The notes: generated by a model from the letters alone, not told the origin. DNA of 32,000 bases from a bacterium (GCA_037444445.1 JBBIMK010000002.1:90644-122643), one strand, 5' to 3'; counted from the stretch's first letter, positions 17,288-26,290 are shown. Numbers and translations: made by a program.

Positions 17288-18034
17288 TCAGGGTAAAGGT
17301 TTTTTCTCTAATCCGAGAACTTTTTTTTGCTCCTGAACAAGCATTTTAATACCCATCTTAGCCAGGGTTAGCATCTGCTGAAGTTCGTCTGGAGTATAAG
17401 GGCGTTTCTCTCCTGTTCCCTGGATGTCAACTATTTCTTCTTTATCTGTCATCACCACATTTAAATCCACTTCTGCAACTGAGTCTTCCTCATAAGTCAG
17501 GTCCAGGTAGCACTGACTGTTCAGTATTCCTACACTGACTGCGGCTACCTGGTGTTGAATCACAGAGAGATGAGGCTCAATCAGATGTTCCTGCTTCATC
17601 CAGCGGATGGCATCCACCAGAGCGATGAATCCTGCGGTAATGGAAGCGGTGCGAGTGCCTCCGTCAGCCTGAATTACATCGGCATCTACCCAGAGAGTGC
17701 GTTCACCCAGGGCTTTCAGGTTTATTGCGGAGCGGAGAGAACGACCTATCAACCGCTGGATTTCCGCTGTTCTTCCCTCCACATGCCCACGGGTGACTTC
17801 CCGAACCTTACGCACTTGCGTGGAACGGGGAAGCATCCCATACTCTGCGGTTATCCATCCTTCCCCGGTGCCCTTGAGAAATGGGGGCACCTTTTCTTCT
17901 ATAGATGCTGAGCAAATCACTTTCGTATTCCCTATTTCCATATACGCAGACCCTTCTGCATACTTCAAGTATCCCTTTTCAATTTTGACTGGCCGTATCC
18001 CGGATAAGCCTCTACCATCCTTCCGGATAATCAT
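17288..18034 (-). CDS. rph: ribonuclease PH
   Basis: 248 aa with RPVKIEKGYLKYAEGSAYMEIGNTKVICSA and ADGGTRTASITG-like motifs. ATGA overlap with murI. Confidence 0.95.
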   Translation of the reverse strand: MIIRKDGRGLSGIRPVKIEKGYLKYAEGSAYMEIGNTKVICSASIEEKVPPFLKGTGEGWITAEYGMLPRSTQVRKVREVTRGHVEGRTAEIQRLIGRSLRSAINLKALGERTLWVDADVIQADGGTRTASITAGFIALVDAIRWMKQEHLIEPHLSVIQHQVAAVSVGILNSQCYLDLTYEEDSVAEVDLNVVMTDKEEIVDIQGTGEKRPYTPDELQQMLTLAKMGIKMLVQEQKKVLGLEKKPLP

Positions 18035-18858
18035 AATGGGGCCTTTTCCAACGCCTCCGGAATGTTTATCACTTCCGGCTCGGGGATTTCATGCCCCCAA
18101 AAAAGGGAAGCCAGATGCTTAAACGAAGGGTTTGGGGCAGTAAGGGTGAAGCGGATTTCCCCTACCCTGTTTACTTTCTTAAAATGGTCCCGCTGGGAGA
18201 GGGTTCTGAAAACTTCTAATGCTGTTTCTTCAGCGGGGTCAACAATTTTCACATCTTCGCCTATGAAGCGGCGAATAAGAGGTTCTAAATAAGGGTAATG
18301 GGTGCACCCAAGAATAACCGTATCTACTGCCAATTTCCGCATTCGGGAAGAATACTTCTCAATGATTTCCAGAGATTCAGGGGAGGACCAATCCCCGCTT
18401 TCTACCAGGGGCACCCATTCGGGGCACGGGATGTCAAATAACGACACGGGCACCCCGACTCTTTCAAAGCCCCGGGGGTACCCCTTAGATTTATAAGTTG
18501 CCCGTGTGAGGAAAATACCGATACGACGATTTTTAGACACCTTTAACGCCCCACGAATTCCTGCCTGAACTACCCCGAATATAGGAATAGGAAAGTGTTT
18601 TTTTTGCGCTTCCTCCAGAGCCACCGAGGAGGATACATTGCAAGCCATGACAACGGCGGATGCGCCTCTCTGTATCAAAAACTGGACGATTTCCAGAGCG
18701 AACGCTTTCACCTCTTCAGGGTCTCGGTCGCCATAGGGTAGGTGTGCCACATCTCCAAAATAGTGGTAATTGAGGTGAGGAAGAAGAGTCAGAAGCGGTT
18801 TTAGAACCGTGATACCACCGACGCCAGAATCAAAAATTCCTATTTGTGGAAATTTCAC
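18031..18858 (-). CDS. murI: glutamate racemase
   Basis: The track ORF (18031-19029) reads into the tmRNA gene. The real start is taken as GTG 18856-18858 (VKFPQIGIFDSGVGG), preceded by GGAAGGGGGG. Catalytic Cys contexts MACNVSS and GCTHYP are present. Confidence 0.9.
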   Translation of the reverse strand: MKFPQIGIFDSGVGGITVLKPLLTLLPHLNYHYFGDVAHLPYGDRDPEEVKAFALEIVQFLIQRGASAVVMACNVSSSVALEEAQKKHFPIPIFGVVQAGIRGALKVSKNRRIGIFLTRATYKSKGYPRGFERVGVPVSLFDIPCPEWVPLVESGDWSSPESLEIIEKYSSRMRKLAVDTVILGCTHYPYLEPLIRRFIGEDVKIVDPAEETALEVFRTLSQRDHFKKVNRVGEIRFTLTAPNPSFKHLASLFWGHEIPEPEVINIPEALEKAPL

Positions 18859-18907
18859 GAAATCCCCCCTTCCAATGACAAAAGCATTTTTTGACCTTCT
18901 ACCTGTA

Positions 18908-18916
18908 AGTGTATCA
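18908..18916 (-). promoter_or_regulatory. candidate extended -10 element (TGATACACT) for murI-rph
   Basis: Minus-strand TGATACACT lies between the tmRNA 3' end and the murI start, about 50 nt upstream of the GTG. Confidence 0.3.
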
Positions 18917-18982
18917 CAACGATTCAACTTTCGCTTAGAATTTGCAAGAAAGTTTATTTGCGAAGAGCAGGTTAAAGATAAC

Positions 18983-19325
18983 TGGTGGAGGCGGCGGGAC
19001 TCGAACCCGCGTCCAGAGAGAGCGTTCACCCGGCACCTACAGGTTTAGCCCGGGTATGAGTCTCATTCCTGCCCTACCCCACAGGCAGGCGTAGCAGGAA
19101 CCAGCCCGCTTGTACCGCCCGAAGTTATGCAGGCGGTTTCGCTCCGGGGGACCGGTCGTTTCAGCACCCTTCCCCGCTCCACCGGTGTCTGCGAGGAGGG
19201 TGTGCTACCTGCTTTTAGGCAGCGAGTGCGTAGTTGGCACTTCTTTTTTGCCACCGCTTTCGGCGGGTAGCCCACCGACCTGCTCCAGAGTGAACTCCTT
19301 CCCTCTGTCGACTCCAGTCGCCCCC
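18983..19325 (-). ncRNA. ssrA: tmRNA (SsrA), one-piece, 343 nt including encoded CCA
   Basis: The 5' end GGGGGCGACTGGAGTCGAC pairs with the 3' end GCGGGTTCGAGTCCCGCCGCCTCCACCA. This gives a 7-bp acceptor stem with G3:U70, a T-arm and an encoded CCA. The internal reading frame GCC AAC TAC GCA CTC GCT GCC TAA (19215-19238) encodes ANYALAA-stop. The gene lies directly downstream of smpB. Confidence 0.93.
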
Positions 19326-19327
19326 AC

Positions 19328-19801
19328 TTATTTTCCTTTTCGCTTCTCACGAAAAGATTTCTTCAAGGCTCTTTCTATTTCTCGTTTCTGCTCCCGCTCC
19401 AGGATCTGCCGTCGTCGGTCATACTCTCGTTTTCCTCTCGCCAGCCCCAGCAGAACCTTTGCGTAGCCATTTTTAATATACACCTCCAGGGGCACCAGTG
19501 TCAACCCCTTTTCCCTTATTTTTCCCTGCAGGCGAACAATTTCGCCTTTATTCAAAAGCAATTTCCTCACACGCCCTGGAGTCCTGGAACTGTAAGAATC
19601 AAAAGAATAGGGCGCGATGTGCATGTTAAAAAGATAAACCTCCTCATCTTGAATCCGAGCCAGGCTATCCTTGATACTCACCGCCCCTTGCCGAACGGAT
19701 TTCATCTCGCTTCCCTTCAGCACAATCCCTGCTTCATATTCCTCCAGAATCTCAAAATTGAACCGAGCCTTCGGGTTTGTAGCCACAACTTTTTTCCCCA
19801 T
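19328..19801 (-). CDS. smpB: SsrA-binding protein SmpB
   Basis: 157 aa with KKVVATNPKARFNFEILEEYEAGIVLKGSEMKSVR and a basic C-terminal tail. The stop codon lies 2 nt before the tmRNA 5' end. Confidence 0.95.
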   Translation of the reverse strand: MGKKVVATNPKARFNFEILEEYEAGIVLKGSEMKSVRQGAVSIKDSLARIQDEEVYLFNMHIAPYSFDSYSSRTPGRVRKLLLNKGEIVRLQGKIREKGLTLVPLEVYIKNGYAKVLLGLARGKREYDRRRQILEREQKREIERALKKSFREKRKGK

Positions 19802-19809
19802 CTTAATCC

Positions 19810-19818
19810 ATTATATCA
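19810..19818 (-). promoter_or_regulatory. extended -10 promoter (TGATATAAT) 8 nt upstream of the smpB ATG (near-leaderless)
   Basis: The minus strand reads TGATATAAT-ggattaag-ATG, with no Shine-Dalgarno sequence in between. Confidence 0.5.
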
Positions 19819-19851
19819 CCTGCCTTATCAACAGGAAAAGAGGACGCCTGC

Positions 19852-19860
19852 TGTATAATA
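19852..19860 (+). promoter_or_regulatory. candidate -10 element (TG-TATAAT-A) for the ArsC-like gene
   Basis: ctgTATAATa on the plus strand, divergent from the smpB element. It implies a leader of about 140 nt if the CDS starts at 20007. Confidence 0.35.
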
Positions 19861-20006
19861 ATAATGGTGTTTTATGAAGATTTTATGTTAAGCCACCATA
19901 GAGGGGAAGCAGATTGGCGACCCGGCTACGAACATTTCCGAGGATGTGTAATACAGGCGGGGAGGAAAATCCATCGCCCACATTTTCACAAAAAGGCGTC
20001 CGTATA

Positions 20007-20474
20007 ATGCAGGATAAGCGGCCCGTCCCTCGAAAGAAACGAATTCTTTTTGTGTGTATCGGAAACTCCTGCCGAAGTCAGATGGCAGAAGGTTTTGCCA
20101 GGGCTTTCCTCGGAGACTCCTGTGATGTTTATAGTGCAGGTTCCAGGCCTGCCGGTTTTATCGCTTTAGAAACCATTCAGGTGATGCGGGAAAAAGGTGT
20201 GGACATTTCAGGTCAATATTCCAAGGGGTTAAGTGAGATTCCAAAGGGTGCTTACGATGCTGTGGTGACGATGGGTTGTGGAGATGCCTGTCCCCACATC
20301 CCTGGTAGAATTCGTCAGGACTGGTCGATTCCTGACCCGATTGGATGTGATATTTCTGTTTATCGTCAAGTTCGGGACCTCATTGAGAAAAAGGTTCGTT
20401 CTCTCCTTTCCCTTATGACTGAGGCGGAGAGCGATACATCCTCCGCTTCTGGCTCTGGACAGGGGTATCTTTAG
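20007..20474 (+). CDS. low-molecular-weight phosphatase family protein, arsenate reductase (thioredoxin-type ArsC)-like
   Basis: CX5R(S) P-loop in LFVCIGNSCRSQMAEG, plus downstream Cys residues in GCGDACP. The track ORF starts at TTG 19914. I prefer ATG 20007 (MQDKRPVPRKKRILFVC) because family members start close to the P-loop. Confidence 0.8.
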   Translation: MQDKRPVPRKKRILFVCIGNSCRSQMAEGFARAFLGDSCDVYSAGSRPAGFIALETIQVMREKGVDISGQYSKGLSEIPKGAYDAVVTMGCGDACPHIPGRIRQDWSIPDPIGCDISVYRQVRDLIEKKVRSLLSLMTEAESDTSSASGSGQGYL

Positions 20475-20525
20475 TTAACCAGCCGGGTTTTGAGAGGCTC
20501 TTATTTACTCTACCCGCCCCATTTC

Positions 20526-20534
20526 TGGTATAGT
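20526..20534 (+). promoter_or_regulatory. candidate extended -10 element (TGGTATAGT) 9 nt upstream of the purL ATG
   Basis: Reads TGGTATAGT-aataagggt-ATG. This implies either a near-leaderless purL transcript or read-through from the ArsC-like gene using AAGGG as the SD. Confidence 0.35.
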
Positions 20535-20543
20535 AATAAGGGT

Positions 20544-22769
20544 ATGCCCACACTTAAAGAGCGATTAGCAAATGTCAGTATGACTCGTGAGGAATATGAG
20601 CGGGCAATGAACCTTCTGGGAAGAATGCCTAATGAAGTGGAACTGGGAATGATAGGCTCATTATGGAGTGAGCATTGCTCTTATAAATCTTCCCGAGTTC
20701 ATCTGCGTCTTTTACCCACTCAGGCTTCCTGGGTGGCGCAGGGTCCTGGTGAGAATGCCGGTGCAGTGGACATTGGGGATGGCTGGCTGGTGGTGTTCAA
20801 GATGGAGAGTCACAACCATCCCAGCGCAGTGGAGCCATACCAGGGAGCGGCTACGGGCATTGGAGGAATTATCCGGGATATTCTGGCATTGGGCGCTCGT
20901 CCTATCGCTCTTCTGGATTCTCTCCGCTTTGGACCTCTGTCGGAACCCCGGAATCGTTACCTTTTTAGTGGGGTCGTTTCTGGCATCGCGGATTACGGTA
21001 ATTGTGTCGGGATTCCGACCGTGGGTGGAGAAATCTACTTTGACTCTTCCTATTCCAGGAATCCTCTCGTAAATGTGATGTGTGTGGGCGTGGTTCGCAA
21101 AGAAAAGATGATGAGTTCTAAAGCCAGAGGGGTGGGCAATCCATTGCTTTTAATCGGTGCTACCACTGGACGAGACGGGATTCACGGCGCCAGCGGGCTG
21201 GCTTCAGCAGAATTAGGGAAAGAGGAAGAAGAGAAACGTCCCACGGTTCAAGTGGGAGACCCTTTCCGAAAAAAAACGCTTATTGAAGCCATCCTGGAAA
21301 TACTGGAAGAAGTGAGTGTGGTAGCGGTTCAGGATATGGGAGCGGCCGGGCTCACCAGCGCCGCCGCCGAGATGGCTTCAAAAGGTAGATGCGGTATCCA
21401 GATTTCCCTCCCTTCTATCCCTCTGCGAACACACCCCATGTTGCCCTATGAAATTATGCTCTCTGAATCCCAGGAACGGATGCTTCTTCTCGTTCGTAAG
21501 GGAGAAGAAAAGAAAGCCCTGCAAATTGCCCGAAAATGGGGGCTGGAAGCCAGCGTCATCGGAAGTGTTATTTCATCGCCGGTGATGCGAGTCGTTGAGA
21601 ACTCTCGTATCCATGCTGAAATCCCTGTTCGTCTTCTAACAGAAGATATGCCAGTATATCATCGACCGATGAAGAAACCCCGTTATCTCGGGCAAGTTCA
21701 GAGGTTTGATATGGAGAGCATTCCACTGCCCGTGAATGCTGAGGAAACTCTTTATCGTTTATTGTCCAGCCCCACCCTTGCTTGCAAAAAATGGGTGTAT
21801 CGCCAATATGACCACATGGTTCAGACTCAATGCATACGCCTTCCCGGGAGTGACTCTGCTATTCTTCGCCTGAAAGAAACTGATAAAGCCATTGCAGTGA
21901 CCACAGATGGGAATGGAACCTATTGTTATTTGGACCCGCTGGAGGGTGGAAAATTAGCAGTTTGCGAATCTGCACGGAATCTCTCTGCCGTGGGTGCTTG
22001 CCCTCTCGGCATTACGGATTGCTTGAACTTTGGAAACCCTGAAGACCCAGAAATCATGTGGCAGTTTCGGGAAGTCGTGAAGGGAATTGCGGAGGCTGCG
22101 AGGTATCTAAATGTTCCAGTGGTGAGCGGGAATGTGAGTTTTTATAACGAAAGCCCCCTGGGCGCTGTGGACCCGACTCCGGTTATTGGCATGGTGGGTG
22201 TCGTGGAAGATTTATCCCGTTCACTGAAGCCAGGCTTCAAAGAAGCGGGCGACTGGATTTGCGTGGCGGGGCCTACCTCTTACGACATTGGCGGAAGTGA
22301 GTATCTCAAGTTCTGTCACGGCTTAAAGAGAGGTAAGCCACCCCGGGTAAATTTGGAAGTTGAAAGAAGGGTTCAAAACGCCATTCGCAAAGGAATCCGG
22401 CGTGGGCTTTTCCACTCCGTAAAAGATATTTCTGAGGGCGGATTGGCAGTAGCACTTTTGGAAGAGTTATCCTTTGGCTCCCTTGGAGCACAACTCACTG
22501 CTCTTCCTTCACTGAAAACGACAAATCCTCGCTGGGATTTTTTTCTGTTCAGTGAGGCTCCTTCTCGTTTCCTGATTACCGTTCCACACTCCAGGCTGAA
22601 GTTTATCCAAAGATTTTTTCAATCTTCCAAAATTTCTTTCTCTGTTCTTGGGCAGGTAACAGATAAATTCGTGCTTTCCTTCAAGCCCTGGAAAGTGCAA
22701 GTCCCTCTGGATTCTCTTTTACACCACTGGAGAAATGCTTTAATGCAGCCCTATGGTGAGACATCATGA
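20544..22769 (+). CDS. purL: phosphoribosylformylglycinamidine synthase subunit PurL (FGAM synthase II)
   Basis: The track ORF starts at 20490. I chose ATG 20544 ([21 protein letters not shown]). Conserved [11 protein letters not shown] and [16 protein letters not shown] motifs are present, giving 741 aa. Confidence 0.95.
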   Translation: MPTLKERLANVSMTREEYERAMNLLGRMPNEVELGMIGSLWSEHCSYKSSRVHLRLLPTQASWVAQGPGENAGAVDIGDGWLVVFKMESHNHPSAVEPYQGAATGIGGIIRDILALGARPIALLDSLRFGPLSEPRNRYLFSGVVSGIADYGNCVGIPTVGGEIYFDSSYSRNPLVNVMCVGVVRKEKMMSSKARGVGNPLLLIGATTGRDGIHGASGLASAELGKEEEEKRPTVQVGDPFRKKTLIEAILEILEEVSVVAVQDMGAAGLTSAAAEMASKGRCGIQISLPSIPLRTHPMLPYEIMLSESQERMLLLVRKGEEKKALQIARKWGLEASVIGSVISSPVMRVVENSRIHAEIPVRLLTEDMPVYHRPMKKPRYLGQVQRFDMESIPLPVNAEETLYRLLSSPTLACKKWVYRQYDHMVQTQCIRLPGSDSAILRLKETDKAIAVTTDGNGTYCYLDPLEGGKLAVCESARNLSAVGACPLGITDCLNFGNPEDPEIMWQFREVVKGIAEAARYLNVPVVSGNVSFYNESPLGAVDPTPVIGMVGVVEDLSRSLKPGFKEAGDWICVAGPTSYDIGGSEYLKFCHGLKRGKPPRVNLEVERRVQNAIRKGIRRGLFHSVKDISEGGLAVALLEELSFGSLGAQLTALPSLKTTNPRWDFFLFSEAPSRFLITVPHSRLKFIQRFFQSSKISFSVLGQVTDKFVLSFKPWKVQVPLDSLLHHWRNALMQPYGETS

Positions 22770-24259
22770 AAAAAGCGCTTCGGTGGGCACATCATATCCT
22801 GCATGTTTTTTCCCTGATTGTGGTCTGCATCACGGATTTCCTTGTTTTACTGCTAACTGTCGCAACCATGCTTTTTTTCTCTTATATGCTCACACTGGCT
22901 CTTACCACTATTTGGCCCATATTTCAGCCTTCCTTTTATTACATAGATGCCATCATTTTTCTGCTTTCTTTTTTTATCACGGTAGACCCGCTTCAGAAAG
23001 GTTTTTTATTACTTTACTTATGGAAGCGTAATAAGCAAATCCATTTTAGTCGTAACAGAATGGCCGAGCTTCCTCAATTCATTGAGCGTGTATCGGCACG
23101 GCTCAATGCAGTGCAAAATGAAATTTCCCGGCTACGGGCTAAAATCAGTGCGCTGGAAAAGGAAGCCAGGAAAGAAGGGCAGTTACTGGTGACTCACAAA
23201 GCCATCGCCAGATGGTCAGAGCCCGAACTTAAGCGCTGGTTATTCACCGTTTTTGAGCAGGATGGATACCATATTTCGCTTCCCCAGAAATCCCGGGAAC
23301 GAGGAGAAGAATGGCAGTTGCAGAAAAACAACAAACGGGTGACTTTATTCGTGAAATGGTCAGAAAAGCGTTTGGATATAGAAGATATTCAGCCCGCTTG
23401 CGAAAGCAAAAAGAGAAACCCCGGCACGGAGTACTGGTTGGTTTCCAATCGCTCCTGGAAAACTGGAGTCTGGGAAACTGCTCTAAAATCTGGAATCCGT
23501 CTGATTTCGCTTAGCGACCTGCTGTCTTCTTATCAGGGTTATCAGATTCATCTTCAGGTAGTGGAGCCTCGTAAAAAACTCCAGAGTTTACTCCCGGAAC
23601 GAAAACAATTGATGACACAACTGAACACTCTGAACTGGGAATTGGAAATCCTGTCAGAGGATGATAACCTTTCTCCGCACAGGAAAGCCGCTTATAGAGA
23701 CCTGCTTCGCATGTGGCTATATTGGTTGCAATTTAATCTCCCGCGCATCACCAATATTCTGAGATGGGGAATCAAAGAAATTCGCCGGGGGAAAGTGGAC
23801 CGGGTCAAATCCTTTGGAGATTTTATGCTCTTCCGCTCTCCAGGTTCTGCCCATGCACGCATATTATTGACTCTCCTCTTTCTTTATCAGGGGAAATACA
23901 ACTCTGCAATCCAGCAAATTGTAGAGACTCTGCACAATCCGATGAAACCCCGGGAGTCGGAAAAGATGTATGAACTGACGCTTTTTGTCCTTCAGGATTT
24001 TCAGAAGCAAGCCAGGGAAAAATATAAAGAGGCGCGTTTATCCCGTGCTCAGGGGCAAATGGAAGTTGCTCTAAAAATTCTTTCTGACGCTATTCGCCTG
24101 GACCCCCGAATTCAGTATAAAGCCTTGAATGACCCGGCGTTCGCCAGTCTGCGTAACACCCAGGCTTTCCGCCGTGCTCTGGGAGAAGGGCGAATTGCCT
24201 GGTGTCAATTTATGGAAAATTACTTGTGGGGAAAGAAATCATCGTGCCAGAAAATCTAA
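22766..24259 (+). CDS. uncharacterised membrane protein: 3 TM segments, coiled coil, Mrr-like (restriction-endonuclease-fold) region, TPR-like C-terminus
   Basis: 497-aa ORF whose ATG overlaps the purL stop (ATGA). Hydrophobic segments span residues ~10-85. A heptad-like stretch ([25 protein letters not shown]) follows. Residues ~150-255 resemble the Mrr-type nuclease fold by eye. The C-terminus ends in [31 protein letters not shown]. Confidence 0.7.
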   Translation: MKKALRWAHHILHVFSLIVVCITDFLVLLLTVATMLFFSYMLTLALTTIWPIFQPSFYYIDAIIFLLSFFITVDPLQKGFLLLYLWKRNKQIHFSRNRMAELPQFIERVSARLNAVQNEISRLRAKISALEKEARKEGQLLVTHKAIARWSEPELKRWLFTVFEQDGYHISLPQKSRERGEEWQLQKNNKRVTLFVKWSEKRLDIEDIQPACESKKRNPGTEYWLVSNRSWKTGVWETALKSGIRLISLSDLLSSYQGYQIHLQVVEPRKKLQSLLPERKQLMTQLNTLNWELEILSEDDNLSPHRKAAYRDLLRMWLYWLQFNLPRITNILRWGIKEIRRGKVDRVKSFGDFMLFRSPGSAHARILLTLLFLYQGKYNSAIQQIVETLHNPMKPRESEKMYELTLFVLQDFQKQAREKYKEARLSRAQGQMEVALKILSDAIRLDPRIQYKALNDPAFASLRNTQAFRRALGEGRIAWCQFMENYLWGKKSSCQKI

Positions 24260-25089
24260 CAGACGACGGAAAACTATGCGTTGCTGTCGTTCAAATGGAT
24301 TGCGTGAGGTATGAGAAGGAAACAAATTTACAGAAGGCGATAGAGTGGATTGATGAAGCAGTAAAGCAAGGAGCACAACTGGTTTTATTGCCGGAACTCT
24401 TCACCACGGGCTATCTTACACAGCCAAAAGATTTAGAGCTGGCGGAAAAGATTCCCGGTCCTACAACGGAAAGACTTCTTTCCATCTGCCAGGAAAAAGG
24501 AATTTACCTGGGAGGATGCATTCTGGAAGGAGCACGAACCAGGGTATATGACACGGCTTTTTTCATGGGTCCTGAGGGATATATTGGGAAATATCGGAAA
24601 GTTCATTTGTGGAAAGGAGAATCTGCTCGTTTTACCCGGGGGAAATTAATCCAGCCATTTGCAACTTCTATCAGTTGTGTGGGCCTTTTGATTTGTCATG
24701 ATGTTCGTTTCCCGGAAGCCGTGAGGACTCTCGCAATTCAAGGGGCTCAGGTCGTTCTATTCCCGTCTGCCTTCGGGAAAGCCCGATTATACTCCTGGGA
24801 CATTCAAACCCGGGCTCGGTCCATGGAGAATGGCATCTTTACCCTTTATGCAGATCGGATAGGAGAAGAGGATGACATATCATTCGCCGGACATTCCCGG
24901 ATTGTAGACCCGTGGGGAAAAGTGCTTTGCGAAGTCACCGAAGCAGAGGGAATTGCTGTTGCCGACATAGATTTTTCCTGGATACAAAAAGCCCGGGAGG
25001 AAGTTCCACAGCTCCAGCAGGTGGCACCGAGAGTGTATCGCTATCTTTCCACTGCCCGAGTTCGTGAAACTAAGGTTCCCAGAGCATAG
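24244..25089 (+). CDS. carbon-nitrogen hydrolase (nitrilase superfamily) protein
   Basis: Glu-Lys-Cys triad contexts LLPELFTTGY, YRKVHLW and LLICHDVRFPE. The longest ORF starts at GTG 24202. GTG 24244 (16-nt overlap with the upstream gene, GGGGAAAG upstream) is preferred, but the start is uncertain. Confidence 0.85.
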   Translation: MPENLTDDGKLCVAVVQMDCVRYEKETNLQKAIEWIDEAVKQGAQLVLLPELFTTGYLTQPKDLELAEKIPGPTTERLLSICQEKGIYLGGCILEGARTRVYDTAFFMGPEGYIGKYRKVHLWKGESARFTRGKLIQPFATSISCVGLLICHDVRFPEAVRTLAIQGAQVVLFPSAFGKARLYSWDIQTRARSMENGIFTLYADRIGEEDDISFAGHSRIVDPWGKVLCEVTEAEGIAVADIDFSWIQKAREEVPQLQQVAPRVYRYLSTARVRETKVPRA

Positions 25090-26234
25090 TCCAGGCTGTT
25101 CAATAAATCTTCCGCATCTTCCAGCCCCACAGAAATTCTCAAGGTGGATTCCTGAATTCCTATTTCTTTTTTCTCTTCGTTCGGAACAGTGGCGTGGGTC
25201 ATACTCCAGGGGTGCTCAATCAGGGAACGAACATCGCCGAGACTCACGGCGAGGGTAAACACTTTCAGATGGGACAGGAAGGTTTTGACCTCTTCCAGCC
25301 CGCCTTCCAGGTCAAACGAGAGCATCGCACCGAAAGCCTCCATTTGCTCCTTTGCGACGGCATATCCCGGGAATTCCGGGAGGCCGGGATAGTAGACCTT
25401 TTGAACCCTGGGGTGCTGATTTAAGAAGTCAGCGATTTTTTGAGTTGTCTGGCATTGGTGGTGAATCCGAAGTGGTAAAGTCATCATTCCCCGGAGGATG
25501 AGCCAGGCGTTCAGAGGGCTCATCACAATACCCAGGTCTTTCACCATTACTTGCTTCAGGGGTTGTATATATGCTGGAGACCCCACGGCTATGCCGCCCA
25601 GCGTATCACCATGCCCGGAGAGATATTTTGTGGCGCTGTGAATGACAATATCGGCGCCTGATAAAATCGGCTTTTGCAATATGGGAGTTGCGAAGGTATT
25701 ATCCACAATGGCCAGAGCGTTTTTATCGTGGGCAAGATGAGCCACTTCTTCTATGTCTATGATGGTAAGTAACGGGTTACCCGGCGTTTCAAAATACACG
25801 GCTCGGGCGCCTTTTGTGAGTTCCCTTTCCAGCCAATCTCGGTCATTCAGGTCCCCCAGCACCACTTCAATGCCCCATCGGGGAAGTTGATTGGTGAGTA
25901 AGGAATAAGTGCATCCGTAAATATACTTTGAACTGATGAGTCGGTCTCCCGCTTGCAGGAGACCCAGCAGGGTAGCCGTAATGGCACCCATTCCGGTGGC
26001 TGATGCGGCGCCGTTTTCTGCTCCTTCTAAAAGTGCTACCCTTTTTTCCAGCAGGTCAATGGTAGGATTTCCCAGGCGAGTGTAGATATAAGCATCCCGA
26101 TTGGCAAATGCTCGCACACCCTCTTCTACATCGGAAAATGAAAAACTGGCAGTTTGAAAGATGGGAGGTGCAACCGGGTGAGGACAGCCCTCTTCATCTC
26201 CCCCGTGAATAGACATCGTGGATTGTCCCATCAT
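25041..26234 (-). CDS. Cys/Met-metabolism PLP-dependent enzyme (methionine gamma-lyase / cystathionine gamma-synthase family)
   Basis: 397 aa with the PLP-lysine context HSATKYLSGHGD. GGAGGGGG precedes the ATG. The 3' end overlaps the convergent nitrilase-family gene by 49 nt. Confidence 0.88.
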   Translation of the reverse strand: MMGQSTMSIHGGDEEGCPHPVAPPIFQTASFSFSDVEEGVRAFANRDAYIYTRLGNPTIDLLEKRVALLEGAENGAASATGMGAITATLLGLLQAGDRLISSKYIYGCTYSLLTNQLPRWGIEVVLGDLNDRDWLERELTKGARAVYFETPGNPLLTIIDIEEVAHLAHDKNALAIVDNTFATPILQKPILSGADIVIHSATKYLSGHGDTLGGIAVGSPAYIQPLKQVMVKDLGIVMSPLNAWLILRGMMTLPLRIHHQCQTTQKIADFLNQHPRVQKVYYPGLPEFPGYAVAKEQMEAFGAMLSFDLEGGLEEVKTFLSHLKVFTLAVSLGDVRSLIEHPWSMTHATVPNEEKKEIGIQESTLRISVGLEDAEDLLNSLDYALGTLVSRTRAVER

Positions 26235-26261
26235 GATATTCCCCCTCCTTTCATCGCTTTA

Positions 26262-26270
26262 ATCATATCA
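26262..26270 (-). promoter_or_regulatory. candidate extended -10 element (TGATATGAT) for the PLP enzyme gene
   Basis: Minus-strand TGATATGAT lies 27 nt upstream of the ATG, with the SD GGAGGGGG in between. Confidence 0.4.
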
Positions 26271-26290
26271 TAGCCAAAAAGCAGAAAAAC

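Noticed and set aside
407-18858. A 'glutamate theme' (gdh, P5C dehydrogenase, tRNA-Glu, glutamate racemase) as a functional cluster
   Set aside because: The genes are dispersed over 18 kb in different transcription units and on both strands, interleaved with unrelated housekeeping genes. This is most likely coincidence.
18860-18982. ssrA 3' end as a possible genomic-island integration site
   Set aside because: tmRNA genes are frequent integrase targets. Downstream here are murI and rph (core genes). There is no integrase, and I could not find a second copy of the tmRNA 3'-end sequence (attL/attR-type duplication) in the window.
18859-19029. N-terminal extension of the murI ORF (MNALSGRGFESRRLHQ...)
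   Set aside because: GFESRRLH is the classic translation of a T-arm (GGTTCGAGTCC). The extension reads through the 3' end of the tmRNA gene. MurI homology starts at GTG 18856-18858, which has a strong SD.
19063-19466. ORFs 19063-19350 (-) and 19110-19466 (+), 95 and 118 aa
   Set aside because: Both lie inside the tmRNA gene or antisense to smpB. Their translations are low-complexity, they lack an SD, and the tmRNA assignment explains the region fully.
19861-20006. Possible riboswitch or leader in the roughly 140-nt region upstream of the ArsC-like gene
   Set aside because: I recognise no known riboswitch core and no convincing conserved-looking helices. The long leader depends on my choice of both promoter and start codon, and each is uncertain.
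20668-21072. 134-aa same-strand alternative-frame ORF inside purL
   Set aside because: It is embedded in the highly conserved PurL N-terminal domain, with no independent start signals. It is most simply a chance open frame.
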